Part shown: one piece after another, positions 36,046 to 37,657 of the stretch
Layout of the letters: each line of letters begins with the position of its first letter
How positions within the stretch are numbered: position 1 is the stretch's first letter
Source: Saprolegnia diclina VS20
Lineage: Eukaryota
NCBI RefSeq assembly: GCF_000281045.1
Contig: NW_008246084.1
Span: forward strand, 199,538 to 237,194
Direction: 5' to 3'
Length of the DNA stretch: 37,657 nucleotides
Position numbers and translations under genes: made by a program
The notes under the pieces: generated by a model
Databases searched by the model: none
Seen by the model: the letters and a program-made list of their open reading frames with translations, nothing else
Told to the model about the DNA's origin: nothing

Positions 36046-36418
36046 TCCATATAAAGGCTACACGTGCCACATTGGATTCGTTTGCGACCTCAAAAGGATG
36101 TCAATGAGAGGCTCGTTTACAGTGCACAGACCGGCACGTTGTGATTTATTTCTTTGCTCGTCCCTTGCCCATCCATTCGGATTCTTGTCCATGACTTTGG
36201 CACCGGTGATACAGGTTTTTAGTTGCAACTTGAAGCCGTTGGTGCCGCGTCCCGCAATCCCAACGCGCCACATCTACTTGGCAGCTCTGCTTGGCCTGTT
36301 CGAGAAACATCCCGCGAAAAAGGTGTCGTGCACGCCCCGTCCCAACCCAAACACAAGACCGTTGGAGCACCTTCTTTGGCGGTTGGACGTTCAGATTTGA
36401 ATTGGCTCTGTTCCGATC

Positions 36419-37657
36419 ATGTCGTTCAACTTGGCCCACGACCGCGATATCCTCAACAACATGACGTACTACGAAGTGCTCAAGCTCGCCAAGATGCACC
36501 ACGTGCAGAGCACCAAGTACCGCATGAGCAAGGCGTATATGATCAACGCGCTCTTGGGCATGGACCCGAAGAACAACGTCGACCGCCTCGACTGCGAAGA
36601 CAAGCTGGCGGCCACGCACGACTTTCGCATCGTGCGAAACGAGGCAGGTCTCCACACGCCATGAATCCTATTGAACTATTGCACTAGGTCGAGGAGTATA
36701 TCTTCCAGCACGACCTCGGGTCGAGCGACGTGCTCTTGATCTCGTGGAACGAAGCGTCGATCAGCCACATTGCGCAGGCGCTCAAGGTGATGACCAACGC
36801 GGTGCCGCACTGGTGCAGCTTGAAGACGATGGACCGCGTGACGCACCAGCAGCTCCTCGACGATCTCATGGCGTATCTCTGCTTTGGCATCGAGCGCGTC
36901 GGCCGCGTCATGGTGCTGCCGGAGACTTGGCGCTTGCTTTCGAAGTGGCCGACCCCGTTGCACTGCCAACGCCGCGCCAGATGACGAATTGCGCGCCAGA
37001 GCTGGTTGATCATGCCGAGACGCGCCGCCGCGACTCGGACGCCAGCATGACGATCTTGCCCAACCACGGCGACGGCCAAACTAATGCGGCGGCAGAGGAC
37101 TACGTGGTGGCAAGCCGACACGACGCCGACACACTCTTTTTTGTGGCATCGGCGCTGAGCTACAAGATGAAGGAGCTGTGGGTCATGGACCTTACGGGCG
37201 TTCGCAACGCGGCGCATTCCGGCGGGCACGAGTACGCACGCTGCCAACCCAAGTGCTACCTCATGGACAAAAGGTCCGACTGCGTGCATCGAGAGTATCT
37301 CTGCTACGATTCGTGCCACCGAACGGTGCACAACCGTGCCATGTTCAAGACGTACCACGTGAACATGGCACGGTTGTGCACCGTTCGGTGGCACGAATCG
37401 TAGCAGAGATACTCTCGATGCACGCAGTCGGACCTTTTGTCCATGAGGTAGCACTTGGGTTGGCAGCGTGCGTACTCGTGCCCGCCGGAATGCGCCGAGA
37501 CGTACCACGCCCTCGTAGCAAACGCGCCGCTCCAATGGGCGCCCATGGAGTGGCTCCTTTTCGGGCAGCGCCTCCGCGACATCTCGTACGACCGCTTCAT
37601 GCAGGACTTTGCCCGCGTGCCTGGCGTCTTTCCGCTGGCGACGTTCACGTTGGTGCG
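36419..37657 (+). pseudogene. Unknown family paralog A3, long form, disrupted; runs off the window
   Basis: Matches A1/A2 to 36926 (VMVLPET) and again from 37541 (PMEWLL). The 614 nt in between hold a frameshift and an inverted duplication with a stop. Intron 36644-36687 has a GC donor. Confidence 0.75.
37210..37509. repeat. Perfect 138-bp inverted repeat (37210-37347 / 37360-37497) with 12-nt spacer AGACGTACCACG duplicated at 37498-37509
   Basis: Arms compared base by base are exact reverse complements; both strands translate to the same SGGHEYARCQPK... peptide in the ORF track. Confidence 0.95.

Noticed and set aside
37210..37509. MITE or CRISPR interpretation of the inverted repeat
   Set aside because: Arms are the host coding sequence itself, the 12-mer flanks only the second arm, and there is no repeat-spacer array.

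Overview
Eukaryotic, high-GC3 genomic DNA with many short (~40-55 nt) GT-AG introns. Gene content and style point to an oomycete, probably Saprolegniaceae-like (inference). About 1-29.4 kb is gene-dense: a TMEM70/TMEM186-like mitochondrial protein, an LRR + Cys-rich receptor-like protein, FOP/CEP43 head-to-head with a Spg1/Tem1 GTPase, PRP22/DHX8, ISCA1, PTC7, an apparent TMEM70-like::Mrs2 Mg2+-channel fusion gene, a 534-nt assembly gap, a mucin/TRP-like membrane protein, two atypical RBR-like zinc-finger paralogs and a protein with two tandem putative Ig-fold (p53/CBP60/CudA-like) domains. About 29.6-37.7 kb is a rearranged accessory zone. It holds three tandem paralogs of an unknown HeH/Rho-N-like family, a degraded IS630-Tc1-mariner-like transposase, kinase-tail remnants and a frameshifted elicitin-like GPI gene. 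The third paralog carries an extra coding-like segment and a perfect 138-bp inverted duplication whose 12-nt spacer is repeated, a possible hairpin-RNA source. All exon structures were derived by eye and family calls come from motif recall, not database searches.
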